Assembly: GCA_046563655.1 (NCBI GenBank)
Contig: JAJCTO010000018.1
Span: forward strand, 62,001-126,000
Source: Yuukianura sp. NJ FZ-2021
Lineage: Eukaryota
Reading direction: 5' to 3'
Length of the DNA: 64,000 nt
How positions within the stretch are numbered: position 1 is the first letter of the stretch; each line of letters begins with the position of its first letter. Both the position numbers and the translations under genes were made by a program. The notes under the pieces are model-generated. The model saw only the letters and a list, made by a program, of their open reading frames with translations, did no database searches and was not told the origin of the DNA. Of the stretch, positions 12,396 to 24,630 are shown piece after piece.

Positions 12396-12819
12396 ACTTA
12401 TTTATACATTTGTGACTTTGTATAAGGTTAGACCTAATTTAAGTACACATGTTGGTAGTAATTTTGAAGTTTGTTTACCTTATCGTAAAAAATAGAAGAA
12501 AATACCTTTATAGACGCAGCACCATTTACACTTTGTAAAATTTACTAATAGACTCAATAAATAAATTTCAAACCGTAGAAACATATTTGTGCGGGTTAGT
12601 TTTCATGGAGTAAGTTAAGTGGAGTTAAGAGTTTTTCGTAGAAATAACGTTACATCATACACTACTCGTTCCACAGTGGTTGTGCTGCACGGTTTATATT
12701 TTTGTCATTTTGTAGTCGGGTAGTCAAATTCTGATGTCATTTTTTTACTACTTTCCAGGCTGATACGCCATTAGACTGGGGTTCGGATGCAATTTGGGAC
12801 GTCTTGAGATAATTTTGAG

Positions 12820-12885
12820 TATAAATGAATGTGTTTCTTTCAAACATTGAACAAATACATCGCAGACGTTGGGGTGAGAGGACGT
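12820..12885 (+). promoter_or_regulatory. TATA-DPE core promoter
   Basis: TATAAAT at 12820, GGACGT at 12880. Inr is weak. Confidence 0.55.
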
Positions 12886-13107
12886 GCCTGAACTTTGCTC
12901 CCGTTTTCTTCTGGAAACCTTATCGACTCTACGTATTTTTCAATTTTTGTTCTTATTGTTCATTGTTTAAACTGTATTGTTCAACTCTACACAAAATAGC
13001 GCCTCTACTATTCAACCCAGTCATCATACAATAGGTAAGTTCCACCTCATTCAAAAGTTGTGTACATGAGCAAGATATGTTAATTTAACTTGACATTGTT
13101 CAGGAAA

Positions 13108-14066
13108 ATGCCACGCAAAACCGAAGCTGGTGGTGATGACGACAAGGAAATGTACTTGTCATGCTCCGACCATGACGACTCGGACGACACTGCTCAGGAA
13201 GACTCTGATCCTTACGCAAAAGACTCCGACTCTGATCAACCAATGAGGAAGAAAAATCGCACAGAAAATGCCGATTCTCAAACACTGGGTAGTAACTTGC
13301 AGGTAACAAATCCACCAATGATTGTATTGGAATTTGGGCACTTTGTTCTAGTTTCTTTTCTCAAAGACTATTTTCTTTTTGTAGGAAACATGTGCTACCA
13401 CAAATTGGCAAGTACAAGATGTCAACAACGAGACGGATGGAGGTGAAGGTGATGTCAAAACAGATTTGCTTCAGAGTGATACGTCTGGAACTACCACACT
13501 TGGACAGGTGGATGCAAAACAAATTAGTTTCAACCACATCATCTGTACGACTATCGTCAACTTTAACTAATGTGTGCTTAACTCAATTTCAGGTTGATTT
13601 AGTCAAGGAACTCATTCTTTGTACCAAGGCCTTTCAAAATGAATATCCTGAACTGGAAGAAAAGTGTCACGCGGACATATTGCAGACAATTCGCAAGGCG
13701 ATGTTTTTTGTGGCTGGTGGGAAATACATTCATACGTCTGCATCACTGAAAGACTCATTTTACAAAAAATTCACTGAGGAGTTGTTGGGACGCGGTTTTT
13801 CGGAACTCAAGCATTCATTGGACACTCTTTTTGATGTATCAATCCTTTTGGACAACCTCAGGCCTAACTTTTCAGAAGATACATACGAAAGGGAGGTGCA
13901 AAAAATGCAACATCGTTTGGATGTAATTTCAACACGTCAAGCTGAATTTCAAATGAAACTCAATGATTTGCGTCGTACCTTTGACCGTAATGAATTGAAA
14001 GGAAGGAATTCATCCGCTGATAAAATTCTCTCGTTGTTGGAATCAATCCTTCTGTGCAACACGTAA
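13108..14066 (+). CDS. Orphan family A protein, copy 2, with acidic N-terminal extension
   Basis: Exons at about 13108-13302, 13385-13507 and 13593-14066. YEREVQKMQHRLDVI is nearly identical to YEREVKKMKHRLDVI in copy 1. Confidence 0.75.
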
Positions 14067-14529
14067 CTGTATCGACTACACACTTCAGAAATTTTGACTT
14101 GTTGCATTATTTGGTTTATGTAAGTATGGATTCAAATTGGCAGTTATTCGAAAGCATTTTATACTCGGAATTATGTCAAAATCCAAGTGCACAGTAGTAT
14201 AACCCTAGCCTAGCTTGGAACGACATGCGTCTAACAGTTACAGTAATTAACTTTTCCTGTAAACATCAAATTTGATTTACTTTCCATTCGTTTAGTTCAC
14301 TACTATTAATTAAATAAATTTATGGACTCGAATGTCAAACTTCTTCCACGATTTCCAACTTTGCTTGTGAATTTGTCATTTATTTTATCATGCCTTGCGT
14401 TTCCGAATTTGTTGTTTTGGATGTATTTGTGCGAGCACCTGAGGTTTCAAACTTTTTTTGAGTTTTTTATGCACTTTCTGATGCCTGGAGGTTTCAAACT
14501 TTTTTCTTTTAAAATTTTGTATTTTTATT

Positions 14530-16605
14530 CTCGTGCCCGGGGGTTTGACACTTTTTTTCTGTTTTTCATTTATAAGTTCATTTCCGAAGGGTTTAAGCTT
14601 CTTGCAAATTTTGTGTGTAATTTCTCGTGCCCGGGGGTTTGACACTTTTTCTCAGTTTTTCATTTATAACTTCAATTCTGAAGGTTTTAAGCTTTTGGAA
14701 AATTTTGTGTGTATTTTCTCGTGCCCGGGGGTTTGACACTTTTTCTCAGTTTTTCATTTACAACTTCAATTCCGAAGGCTTTAAGCTTTTTGCAATTTTG
14801 TGTGTATTTTCTCGTGCCCGGGGTTTGACACTTTTTTTCTGTTTTTCATTTATAAGTTCATTTCCGAAGGGTTTAAGCTTCTTGCAAATTTTGTGTGTAA
14901 TTTCTCGTGCCCGGGGTTTGACACTTTTTCTCAGTTTTTCATTTATAACTTCAATTCTGAAGGTTTTAAGCTTTTGGAAAATTTTGTGTGTATTTTCTCG
15001 TGCCCGGGGGTTTGACACTTTTTCTCAGTTTTTCATTTACAACTTCAATTCCGAAGGCTTTAAGCTTTTTGCAATTTTGTGTGTATTTTCTCGTGCCCGG
15101 GGGTTTGACACTTTTTTTCTGTTTTTCATTTATAAGTTCATTTCCGAAGGGTTTAAGCTTCTTGCAAATTTTGTGTGTAATTTCTCGTGCCCGGGGGTTT
15201 GACACTTTTTCTCAGTTTTTCATTTATAACTTCAATTCTGAAGGTTTTAAGCTTTTGGAAAATTTTGTGTGTATTTTCTCGTGCCCGGGGTTTGACACTT
15301 TTTCTCAGTTTTTCATTTACAACTTCAATTCCGAAGGCTTTAAGCTTTTTGCAATTTTGTGTGTATTTTCTCGTGCCCGGGGGTTTGACACTTTTTTTCT
15401 GTTTTTCATTTATAAGTTCATTTCCGAAGGGTTTAAGCTTCTTGCAAATTTTGTGTGTAATTTCTCGTGCCCGGGGGTTTGACACTTTTTCTCAGTTTTT
15501 CATTTATAACTTCAATTCTGAAGGTTTTAAGCTTTTGGAAAATTTTGTGTGTATTTTCTCGTGCCCGGGGGTTTGACACTTTTTCTCAGTTTTTCATTTA
15601 CAACTTCAATTCTGGAGGTTTTAAGCCTTTTGCAATTTTGTGTGTATTTTCTCGTGCCCGGGGGTTTGACACTTTTTCTCAGTTTTTCATTTATAACTTC
15701 AATTCTGGAGGTTTTAAGCCTTTTGCAATTTTGTGTGTATTTTCTCGTGCCCGGGGGTTTGACACTTTTTCTCAGTTTTTCATTTACAACTTCAATTCCG
15801 AAGGCTTTAAGCTTTTTGCAATTTTGTGTGTATTTTCTCGTGCCCGGGGGTTTGACACTTTTTTTCTGTTTTTCATTTATAAGTTCATTTCCGAAGGGTT
15901 TAAGCTTCTTGCAAATTTTGTGTGTAATTTCTCGTGCCCGGGGGTTTGACACTTTTTCTCAGTTTTTCATTTATAACTTCAATTCTGAAGGTTTTAAGCT
16001 TTTGGAAAATTTTGTGTGTATTTTCTCGTGCCCGGGGTTTGACACTTTATCTCAGTTTTTCATTTACAACTTCAATTCCGAAGGCTTTAAGCTTTTTGCA
16101 ATTTTGTGTGTATTTTCTCGTGCCCGGGGGTTTGACACTTTTTCTCAGTTTTTCATTTATAAGTTCATTTCCGAAGGGTTTAAGCTTCTTGCAAATTTTG
16201 TGTGTAATTTCTCGTGCCCGGGGGTTTGACACTTTTTCTCAGTTTTTCATTTATAACTTCAATTCTGAAGGTTTTAAGCTTTTGGAAAATTTTGTGTGTA
16301 TTTTCTCGTGCCCGGGGGTTTGACACTTTTTCTCAGTTTTTCATTTACAACTTCAATTCCGAAGGCTTTAAGCTTTTTGCAATTTTGTGTGTATTTTCTC
16401 GTGCCCGGGGTTTGACACTTTTTCTCAGTTTTTCATTTATAAGTTCATTTCCGAAGGGTTTAAGCTTCTTGCAAATTTTGTGTGTAATTTCTCGTGCCCG
16501 GGGGTTTGACACTTTTTCTCAGTTTTTCATTTATAACTTCAATTCTGAAGGTTTTAAGCTTTTGGAAAATTTTGTGTGTATTTTCTCGTGCCCGGGGGTT
16601 TGACC
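14530..16605. repeat. 93-94-bp tandem satellite, about 22 monomers, with trimeric higher-order structure
   Basis: Monomer starts ctcgtgcccggggg tttgacac. Three diagnostic variants cycle A-B-C (about 280 bp). Degenerate copy at about 14440-14530. Confidence 0.95.
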
Positions 16606-16832
16606 CTTTTTTTGTGCATTTGTTTGAGCCACGGCAGTTGCAGTTTTTTTATCATGTGCACTTTATGTAGAAAAATTACAGCTGAACTGTAGCGGTAAAA
16701 TTCAATGTCTTATGTTTTTCCCTTTTGCGTTGATGTTAACGCACTTGTGCCCGTCGCATTTTCTAAAATTGGTACTGGTTGAATAATCGGAGGCGTTTGT
16801 AATTTTGGTATTTGTAAACATTGAAAATCATG

Positions 16833-16899
16833 TATAAAAGCCAACATTTTCAAAATTTGAATCATTACTAATGATTAGTTATTCACTGAAGTAGGACGT
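16833..16899 (+). promoter_or_regulatory. TATA-Inr-DPE core promoter
   Basis: TATAAAA at 16833, TCATTAC at about 16862, GGACGT at 16894. Confidence 0.65.
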
Positions 16900-17090
16900 G
16901 ATGCTCCTGGGATCCGACTCCATTGGTACTTTATCAAAAGACAGGTAATTTTAGTGCTATTCTGCAGTTTCTTCTTATAGTTCTGTACAACTACTGCGCA
17001 AGGTTTAACAACATAATTGTTACAATTACCATTGTTACGTACTCTTTATGTTATAGGGTTGTTGACTGACTACCTTTTGGCGCATACACT

Positions 17091-17648
17091 ATGGCTAAAC
17101 AGGAGATGGTAATTTAAGTTGAATTTGAGTCAATAGAATTTGAGACAAGGTTTGCAAGTAATCAAAAAGTTTAATAATTGAACTAGGTCCGAGACATCAG
17201 CGAATCTCTTTCATGTGTCACCTTTTTTGCGGAACATCATCCAGAGCTGTATGCCAAATTAAAAGACGCCATTCTTGACGCAGCCAGTAAAGCCATTTTG
17301 TACGCGGCGGGTGGCCCATATGTTTATTCGGCAGTTACGTTAAAGTACGAGGTGAACGACAAGTTCAACAGAATCATTTCTCGTTTCCCTGATGTGAAAT
17401 CAATTGTCGATTCCCGCTTGGACATGCTTATTTTTGAAGAGGAAAATACTCCAAAGATGACTGGATTACGTTCTGAGCTTGAGAAAGAGAAGAAGAAGCG
17501 TCGCTTGGAGACGATTGCAAACAGACGCCTAGACTTGGAGTGCTCTATTTCAGTTTTGCTTTTCGAAATTGATGAGTTGAAGTTGGATTATCGTACCTTT
17601 GTCCTTGAGCAATTCATCGACTATTTGCAATGTATTATTCCAAATTAA
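17091..17648 (+). CDS. Orphan family A protein, copy 3
   Basis: Exons 17091-17108 (MAKQEM) and 17187-17648. Motifs ILYAAGGPYVYSAVTL and NTPKMTGLRSELEKEKKKRRLETI. Confidence 0.7.
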
Positions 17649-18061
17649 AGGTAACAAGAGTGCAACTTTGAAAATTGTTTGTTCCGTAATGAAATATTTT
17701 TGTAAAACAAGAACTTTAGTCTGACTTTTACCACTTAAATTAGGTCCTTACCACTCTTTATTGTTAGGTTACGTTGTATGATAAGGAGGGTACGTTATAG
17801 TATGATAAGGAATTGACGTTTTAAGCCTTTATTTGCGAAACACTCCAACACGGTTACAATAAAGTAGTACAGAAGAATGGTATAATTAGACGTGAATGCT
17901 GCAAATAATTAACAGTTGTAAACTAGCTGGTGAGGTGAGCAGACGTTATTAATTGTTACTCTTGTTTTCGCTTTTGCAATTTTTCACCGGCAAAGCAACA
18001 GAAGATTGAAACTACAGCGTAAGAGGCTTGTCATAGAAGCCGGCCTGAAGACACTGTGTAG

Positions 18062-18780
18062 GAACATTTGTCGCCAAGATCCGGTATTTTGATTCAAGAC
18101 GTTACATTCAAGAAATTAATGTCTTCCAACCTAACAAATGAGGTAAGATTTTTAAGACATAAATTTGTAACCCGTATTGTATGTTACGTGCCATCAAGTC
18201 CAATGTACCACACGTTTATATATATATGCAGGATTTACTTTTGGTTGGGCAAATGGTGATGTTTTTTCAATATTCAGAGTTGATGAAGGAATCAACCGTT
18301 GGGAAGCAAATATTGGGAAATTGTTCCGAGGAGGAGGTAAACATATTATACATGTTCTACTATTAAAAATATTCCTAGTAATTTTAAATTTCGTATAGAT
18401 TACGCAAATGGCGTCTGCCATCATGGAAAGGGAAAGACAGGTTGGGGTAACGTTGGACCAGCCCAATCCCGATTCAAATTGCATTGAGGATGTAATACTA
18501 CTCAATTCATTTGCAGTTTCAATTTTGTTACATTCTCCTAGTTGTTTAAACAATTTTTGCTCTACTTTGCATCTAGGTGTTTGAAATTGGAAGCAGCGCG
18601 AATGCTAAAGACTTTTTTAAAAGGCTGGCCCACATGTTTGCAATTGAATACTACAAATTCAAGGATCTTATGAGGGCAGTGGAAGATGGATCACCACAAG
18701 TCGAAAACTTTAAAAAGTTATATTTTCCGGCTATCGAAGCAATGTTGGTTGTTACTGATGGTTTCTCGGATATGCTTTAG
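18062..18780 (+). CDS. Uncharacterised multi-exon helical protein (5' end uncertain)
   Basis: In-frame phase-0 exons at about 18062-18142, 18232-18336, 18399-18491 and 18577-18780 with GT-AG introns. Paralogous remnant at 10440-10593. Confidence 0.55.
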
Positions 18781-19010
18781 CTTAACTAAGTTGAAAAAAT
18801 GAATTTTTCATTTCAACTTTAATTCCAGGCTTTCATTACGTTTGTATAAAAAATTTTCACGTGCTTTGAAGTTACACTAAATCTTATATACTTTTGCAAC
18901 AGTTTTGTCAAAAAAACCTTTTGCATAGTAAAGCATAGTTGAGCACATTTGTTTTTTCCTCAACTGGATTCATCGGTTCAATTTTTGTTATTAACGTCAA
19001 AGATTTCAGG

Positions 19011-19077
19011 TATAAATAGCGTCGCAACATCCCCGAACATGATTAATCTCTACAAAGTCTTCGTGCCGAACGGACGT
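19011..19077 (+). promoter_or_regulatory. TATA-Inr-DPE core promoter
   Basis: TATAAATA at 19011, GGACGT at 19072. Similar to the promoter at 11108. Confidence 0.65.
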
Positions 19078-19640
19078 CTTCAAAGTTCCTCTTCGGTAAA
19101 ATTGTTCTTTTGATTACCCGTTGCAACGTCACTGTCGTCAATGGGAGTTTGCAAAGTGACTTGAGGAACATTTGCCCTGTTGAGATAAAGGTAGGTAAGT
19201 CAAATTTCTGAAGCTAGCTACCAAATTGAAAACAATTGTTAGAGCTGATATTATTCAATTTTATATTTGTTCCATTTCCTCTAGCGTAATCTCCAACGTT
19301 TCCTGTTTTCTCCATTGTGCTTCACCTTCCATGGTTTCACTTTGGTCCCCTCGGTAAGCATTTATCGTTGTCACCTTTTCTTCAGCTTACACGCTTTTTT
19401 CCGCTGCAGCATAATTTTGTATCACCGTCTGCTTTTGTTTGGTTGTAAACTGGAAAATTCTACGGTATGAAGGGTAGAAAATTGAACATTGTAAATCTAA
19501 TGACATGTGAACATTGTGAAGAATAACATTTTTGCTTTTGCTAGTTTGAGAATGGCGCTGGCACATATACTAATTTCATTGTGACCGCGAAAGTGAAGTC
19601 CGCCATGGTAACAACAATGCTTTTACATTTATTTTACACT

Positions 19641-19920
19641 AGGGAGTTTGCATTTCAAATCATTTATAGAATTTATAGAAAGTATAGAATTTAGCAAGTC
19701 CCGCTCCTTTTAGCACCCCTCCACCCGTTTCGTTACGGCACGTTCAATTGGTTGAGTCCAAATCCCTGACGTCACTTTCCAAACTTTTTTCATTTATGGC
19801 ACTTATAGAACGTGTTTATAAATTTTGGAGATCCGAAAAGTTTAAACAGTGACGTGACTTCTCACGGTAAATTCTATACTTTCTATAAATTCTATAAATG
19901 ATTGATAACGCAAACTCCCT
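19641..19920. mobile_element. MITE, PIF/Harbinger-like ends
   Basis: About 55-bp imperfect TIRs: agggagtttgc...atttatagaatttatagaaagtatagaattta / taaattctatactttctataaattctataaat...gcaaactccct. Confidence 0.75.
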
Positions 19921-19962
19921 ATTGAACTTGCATTTGTATACAATAACATTTGATTTTAACCA

Positions 19963-20811
19963 ATGCCACCAGGTATGCTTAACAAGGAGACGTTGATTGA
20001 GCGTGCTGACGATACAATGAAGCTAATCCAACATATGCGAGATACACACCCTGCATTTTACAACTCAGCGATACGTCTAGTTAAGAAGTCCTTCATTGTT
20101 GGCGGAGTTGGAATTGTTGGAGTAACGGGGTACAACGTTAAGGGGTTTCTAAACGATTTGCACAACAAGATTGAGATTCCTATTACGTATGAACGGTTTT
20201 CATAACAACTTACCACTACTTCAGCCTCATTGGTACACAGCTTTTACGTGCTACTTGTTCTTTAAACAGCAACGAAATCCATACCCTTGCAACCCAATGG
20301 GAAAACAAATGGAGTCAATTGGACGCCAAATGGAGCAACCTTTCGAGTCAATGGGACACCAAATTCAACAATTTCGACAACAAGGTAAGACTAACGTACC
20401 GTGGGGTCACTTGCTAACAAGAAAAACTAGGGTCTGACTATTCCACTGACACGTGTTTTTTCTCATTGACCCAAAGGGAAAAAACACGTGTCAGTGGAAT
20501 AGTCAGACCGTAGTTTTTCTTGTTAGCAAATGACCCTACGGTATGAAATGTTAACAGTACACTGCAACTGTAGTTGCTTAACTTGCGCATGTTTGTAACA
20601 GATTAACATCTTGGAAGTCAAGAATAAGCAAAACTCAGACGAGCTCAAAATGGAGCTCAACAAAGCCATTGAAGAACTACGCAAAGACTTGTCGTCGATT
20701 GAAACCCAACTTCAGTCTTCATCGGCTACCAGGTATGGAACGCAACCAAAACAAGTCATCGCAAACGTTCGAACTTTATTCGACTACGCAACGCAATGGT
20801 TTCGCGATTAA
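19963..20811 (+). CDS. Orphan family B protein, copy 2
   Basis: Exons at about 19963-20186, 20270-20385 and 20602-20811. SFIVGGVGIVGVTGY hydrophobic segment and a Trp-spaced coiled coil QWENKWSQLDAKWSNLSSQW. Confidence 0.7.
20399..20541. mobile_element. Tc1/mariner-type hairpin MITE in an intron
   Basis: Near-perfect palindrome with arms of about 65 bp (ccgtggggtcacttgctaacaagaaaaacta...), flanked by TA on both sides. Absent from the paralogous intron at about 12126-12191. Confidence 0.85.
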
Positions 20812-21479
20812 AGCGCGCTCTTCAACACATTTGTTTTATTATTCTCCATTGACGTATACGTAATACTTGAACCCTGATCCAGCCCAACTTTCATCTTACG
20901 AACCACATGCGCCTAACATTTACAGCAATTAATTTCTCCTGTAAATATCAAATTTGATGTTTTTGTTTTTTGTTTATTTATCTACACTTCATTTAATAAA
21001 TCTTGGGACCAAATGTTAAACTAGCATTTTATCAAAGTTGGATTGGTTGTTAAACTTTAAATATGATTTTTAAATCCATGTTGTGACCACACTTCCGTAA
21101 CATTGGTATCACTTAATGTTTTCATTCAACCTGTATGTCGGTCCAGCGAATTTTTCGGTTCTCCACATTGAACCGATGCAGGGGAGCAGGAACTCCTAAC
21201 CTCCCTCCTAACCTTTTTTTGGATCTGCTGTAACTTTGTACTTTAATGTCCTGAATCAGCAAGTCACTAAGTTTCCAACGATATCCTACTTGGTATAGGT
21301 TGTTATGGGATGACATGGCGACATTTCATCCTAGCATAAATACAGATATGACCCCTACATCGATCTTAACAACTGTTAAAAACTTCATGCGGTTACCACC
21401 AACCAGAGTGAGTTTTGATATGGTTTTGGCCGTTCTCTTTTCGTTTAGGCGGTGAAGTTCAAATTACATTACAACGTTT

Positions 21480-21655
21480 TTCAAATTTGATGTAATGTTT
21501 AGATACTTGGGCACGGTCGATTTTTCTAAAAATGGTACCGTTGCAATCTACGCATTTTGGTAAGTGTAGAAAAATTCAAATTCAGTTGAGGTATTCACTT
21601 TGGCATATTTTTTGAAACTTTGATCTAATGGTTTGATACTTGTGCACGGTCGATA
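21480..21655. repeat. Dispersed copy of the 133-bp satellite (about 1.3 units)
   Basis: Contains gatacttgggcacggtcgattttt and gatacttgtgcacggtcg, as in the array at 26690-27360. Confidence 0.8.
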
Positions 21656-21949
21656 GGAATGATTTTATTTATACAATCCAGTTATGCTTTCACTTTTAAC
21701 AAAATAAATTTCACAAAATAACAAATAAACTTAAACAAAATTGGCCAATTGTAATCAGTTTGTCTAGGAGAGGGCTTCGTTATAGTGAGTTCCGCTCATC
21801 TGGGCAGTTGGAGTTGGAGTTCATTTTGGAATGGAAACTTCTGCATTTCTGAATTTAAGTTTTTTGTATTCAGAAATGAAATTCCATCTTTTCCCACTGT
21901 CGTTATATTGGGGAGTGGGGGATGGCCCTTTTACGCTTCCGTATCAAAT

Positions 21950-22232
21950 GGAGATTCACCAATCTCTCTTCCTCCTTGTGTAACCTTCACTTTAGTTTAT
22001 GTAAGTGCACTTGCACTCGTAGCGGTCTTCCGACTCCCCTCATCACCTTGAGAGAGGACGAAGTGTCAACCTCACCGGAGGTGACGTGGTCCTGGTCAAT
22101 GAGTGTGGGCGGAATCGGCTCAAATGCACATTTAGTTTTAGTTTTAACTACAAGTCGTCTTCCACCACTCGCTGCAGAACCTTCTCTGTTATTGCTCATT
22201 TGAGACAATAGTCTGTCCTCAATATTGGTCAC
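21950..22232 (-). other. Duplicated block containing a short or degenerate ORF
   Basis: Nucleotide paralog at about 24675-24925 (gcggtcttccgactcc, agaggacgaagt, ggaggtgacgtggtc). Reading frames are interrupted. Confidence 0.35.
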
Positions 22233-22463
22233 TCGACTCTAGTATTGTTTGAACTAAAGCTCACTCAAGCAAAGTCTAAGTTTTGATTTGTATTGTGCCC
22301 ACCTCTTTGGAAAGTGTGCCACATTAAAGGAAGTCAAGAAACAAGCTCATTTCTTCTGGTTTTTGCACATCAGTTCATTCCATCCACCTATTACAAGTCC
22401 AAGTCGGAAATTCTTCAGTTTCCATTCAAGCATCATCCATCAAGCTTTCAACCAGTAGTTATA

Positions 22464-23968
22464 ATGGCGGAATTCCGAATTAATAAAACCATTATGGACT
22501 TACCAAACGAGGTATTTTTATCTAACTAGTATACAAAATTTTATACACGTTCCAATTTTATCGGTCCAAAGTTGACCTTATCATTATAACTTTTTTTCAG
22601 GTTCTTGAAATGATTCTGCAACGTTTATCTACTCGAGAGCTGTTGCAAGTTCGGTCTGTCAGTAGCACGTTTCGTGAACAAGGGACGCTGTTATGCAAAA
22701 GGAGCAATGTCATGTTACGTAAAGATTGGTTCAACACTGTTAGTGGGATGACCATCTTCAAGCTGTTTGACCCTAACAGCGGCGATATTCCTTGGTCTGG
22801 CATAAATTTCACCCAAGAATTTTTTGAACATGCCAAGTGTTTGTTGCCACGGTTCCTAGAGCAGTTCAACTCATGTCTTTTGGATATTGACTTTGCTAAT
22901 TTGCTTCATCATGAAGATTGCTTTGCAGCGGTTATGGAATTCGTCCCAAATCTGCATCCTAAGTCTGCAAAATTGACAGTTATGAGTGACGGTTGCGTCA
23001 ATAACTTCCACCGATTATTAGATCCACTTCGTGACGGCCTTTTCAAATTGGACGTTTCTCTTCGTTTTAATGAAAACCGCTTTTACGGCACCTGGTTGAA
23101 CTTTCCAGTTTTGGGGAATTTGTCATACATAAACATCAACGTTCAAGGATATATACAGTTTGTAGATCCGAATTCTGATCTTGATGGTCCCGACTGGCTT
23201 TCAAATCGCTTGACTCTTCTGTCAAATTTATCGGGAGATCAACTGCCAAGACTACAGACAATGTCGGTTAAAATTCGTATCTCAAACCCAACGCTAGGAT
23301 GTCAGATGTTTGGAAATGTTACCTTTCCAAACGTTTCCACATTGTCTGTTGCGGGATGCCATCCACTTTTTAACGATCTTTCGAACGTATTTCCCAATGC
23401 GTGTAATGTCACACTTGTATGTGATGCATTCTACATGAGACAAAACTGGACACTCCCAAAAACACAATTTTTGCGCTTAGTGGTGGCTAAAAGCGAACTG
23501 GAACCCGATGGAGGGTACATTCGGAACGAGTTGCAACTCAACGACGCACTATTCTCATCAGAATATTTTTCAAAGTTGATGAGTAAGTCTTTTTTTTTTA
23601 TCTATTTTATTGAAATGTAATTGACAGAACAACCTTAGACACATATATCGTTTCTAACTTGCAGATTTGGAACATTTGGAAATCGTTCTCTACCGTGATG
23701 AGGATGACTGGGGAAACGCAACGGTTCCAATTACAAATGGTAGTGCTGTTGTCAACAACTTTCTTCGCCTTCGGAAGCTAGCATCTCTTACACTTGGCGG
23801 CATTAGAGTAAGCTTGTCTATGAAACATTCTACTATTCGTGTTACTACATTTTATTTTTGGTATTTTAGCCTGATGAAGTAGCAATGAGTCTCCTGAGCG
23901 CGGTTCATGAGAAAGTAGTCGTACAAAATCAAGAGCAATTTGCTAAAGTATTGCAAGAAACTGCGTGA
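22464..23968 (+). CDS. F-box protein with LRR-like C-terminal region
   Basis: Spliced IMDLPNE|VLEMILQRLSTRELLQVRSVSSTFRE is a canonical F-box. Exons at about 22464-22511, 22601-23582, 23665-23808 and 23870-23968. Confidence 0.85.
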
Positions 23969-24254
23969 TTACATCATCCTCATAAGGTTAGGTTTGTATG
24001 TTGGATTAAATTAAGATTGACATTGTAAACCTTAGATTATCAATTCGGAATTTGGTTAGTGTTGCGAATAAGTCGTTCAACTCTGTGTAAATGTTTAGCT
24101 TAACTTAACCTAACCAAAGAGTAAGTTGTACAGTTCATTTTTGAAATTAAGTTTAGTGAGCATTAGACGTTTACATGAACAGTTTGTAGCATCTGTTTCA
24201 AATTAATAAGAAAGTTGAATACCAATTTCTCCTATAAACATCTGACTATCAGAG

Positions 24255-24630
24255 GTATTCATTTGGAAATATTTTTTGAAATTTTGACCCTTGTGCACGG
24301 TCGATTTTTCTAAAAATGGTACCATTGGAATCTACGCATTTTAGTAAGTGTAGAAAAATTCAAATTTAGTTGAGGTATGGACTTTGAAATTTTTTTTCGA
24401 AACTTTGATCTAATGTTTTGGTACTTGTGCACGGTCGATTTTTCTAAAAATGCTACCGTTGGAATCCACACACTTTGGTAAGTGAGGAAAAATTCAATTT
24501 CAGTTGAGGTATTAACTTTTTGAAATATTTTGAAATGTTGATCTGTTTAGGTACTTGTGCACGGTCGATATTTCTCAAAATGGTGCCGTTGGAATCTGGA
24601 CCCTATGGTAAGTGTAGAAAAATTCATTTG
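24255..24630. repeat. 133-bp satellite, about 3 units
   Basis: Repeated cttgtgcacggtcgatttttctaaaaatg...ggaatc...taagtg..aaaaattca. Confidence 0.85.

Noticed and set aside
14530..16605. CRISPR-like array, or the many ORFs listed here
   Set aside because: The monomers are contiguous with no unique spacers, there are no cas genes, and the context is eukaryotic. The ORFs are translations of the satellite.
21785..22000. VKVTQGGREIGESPF (minus strand) resembling a filamin-repeat end
   Set aside because: The motif is short and flanked by stop codons, so the evidence is insufficient.
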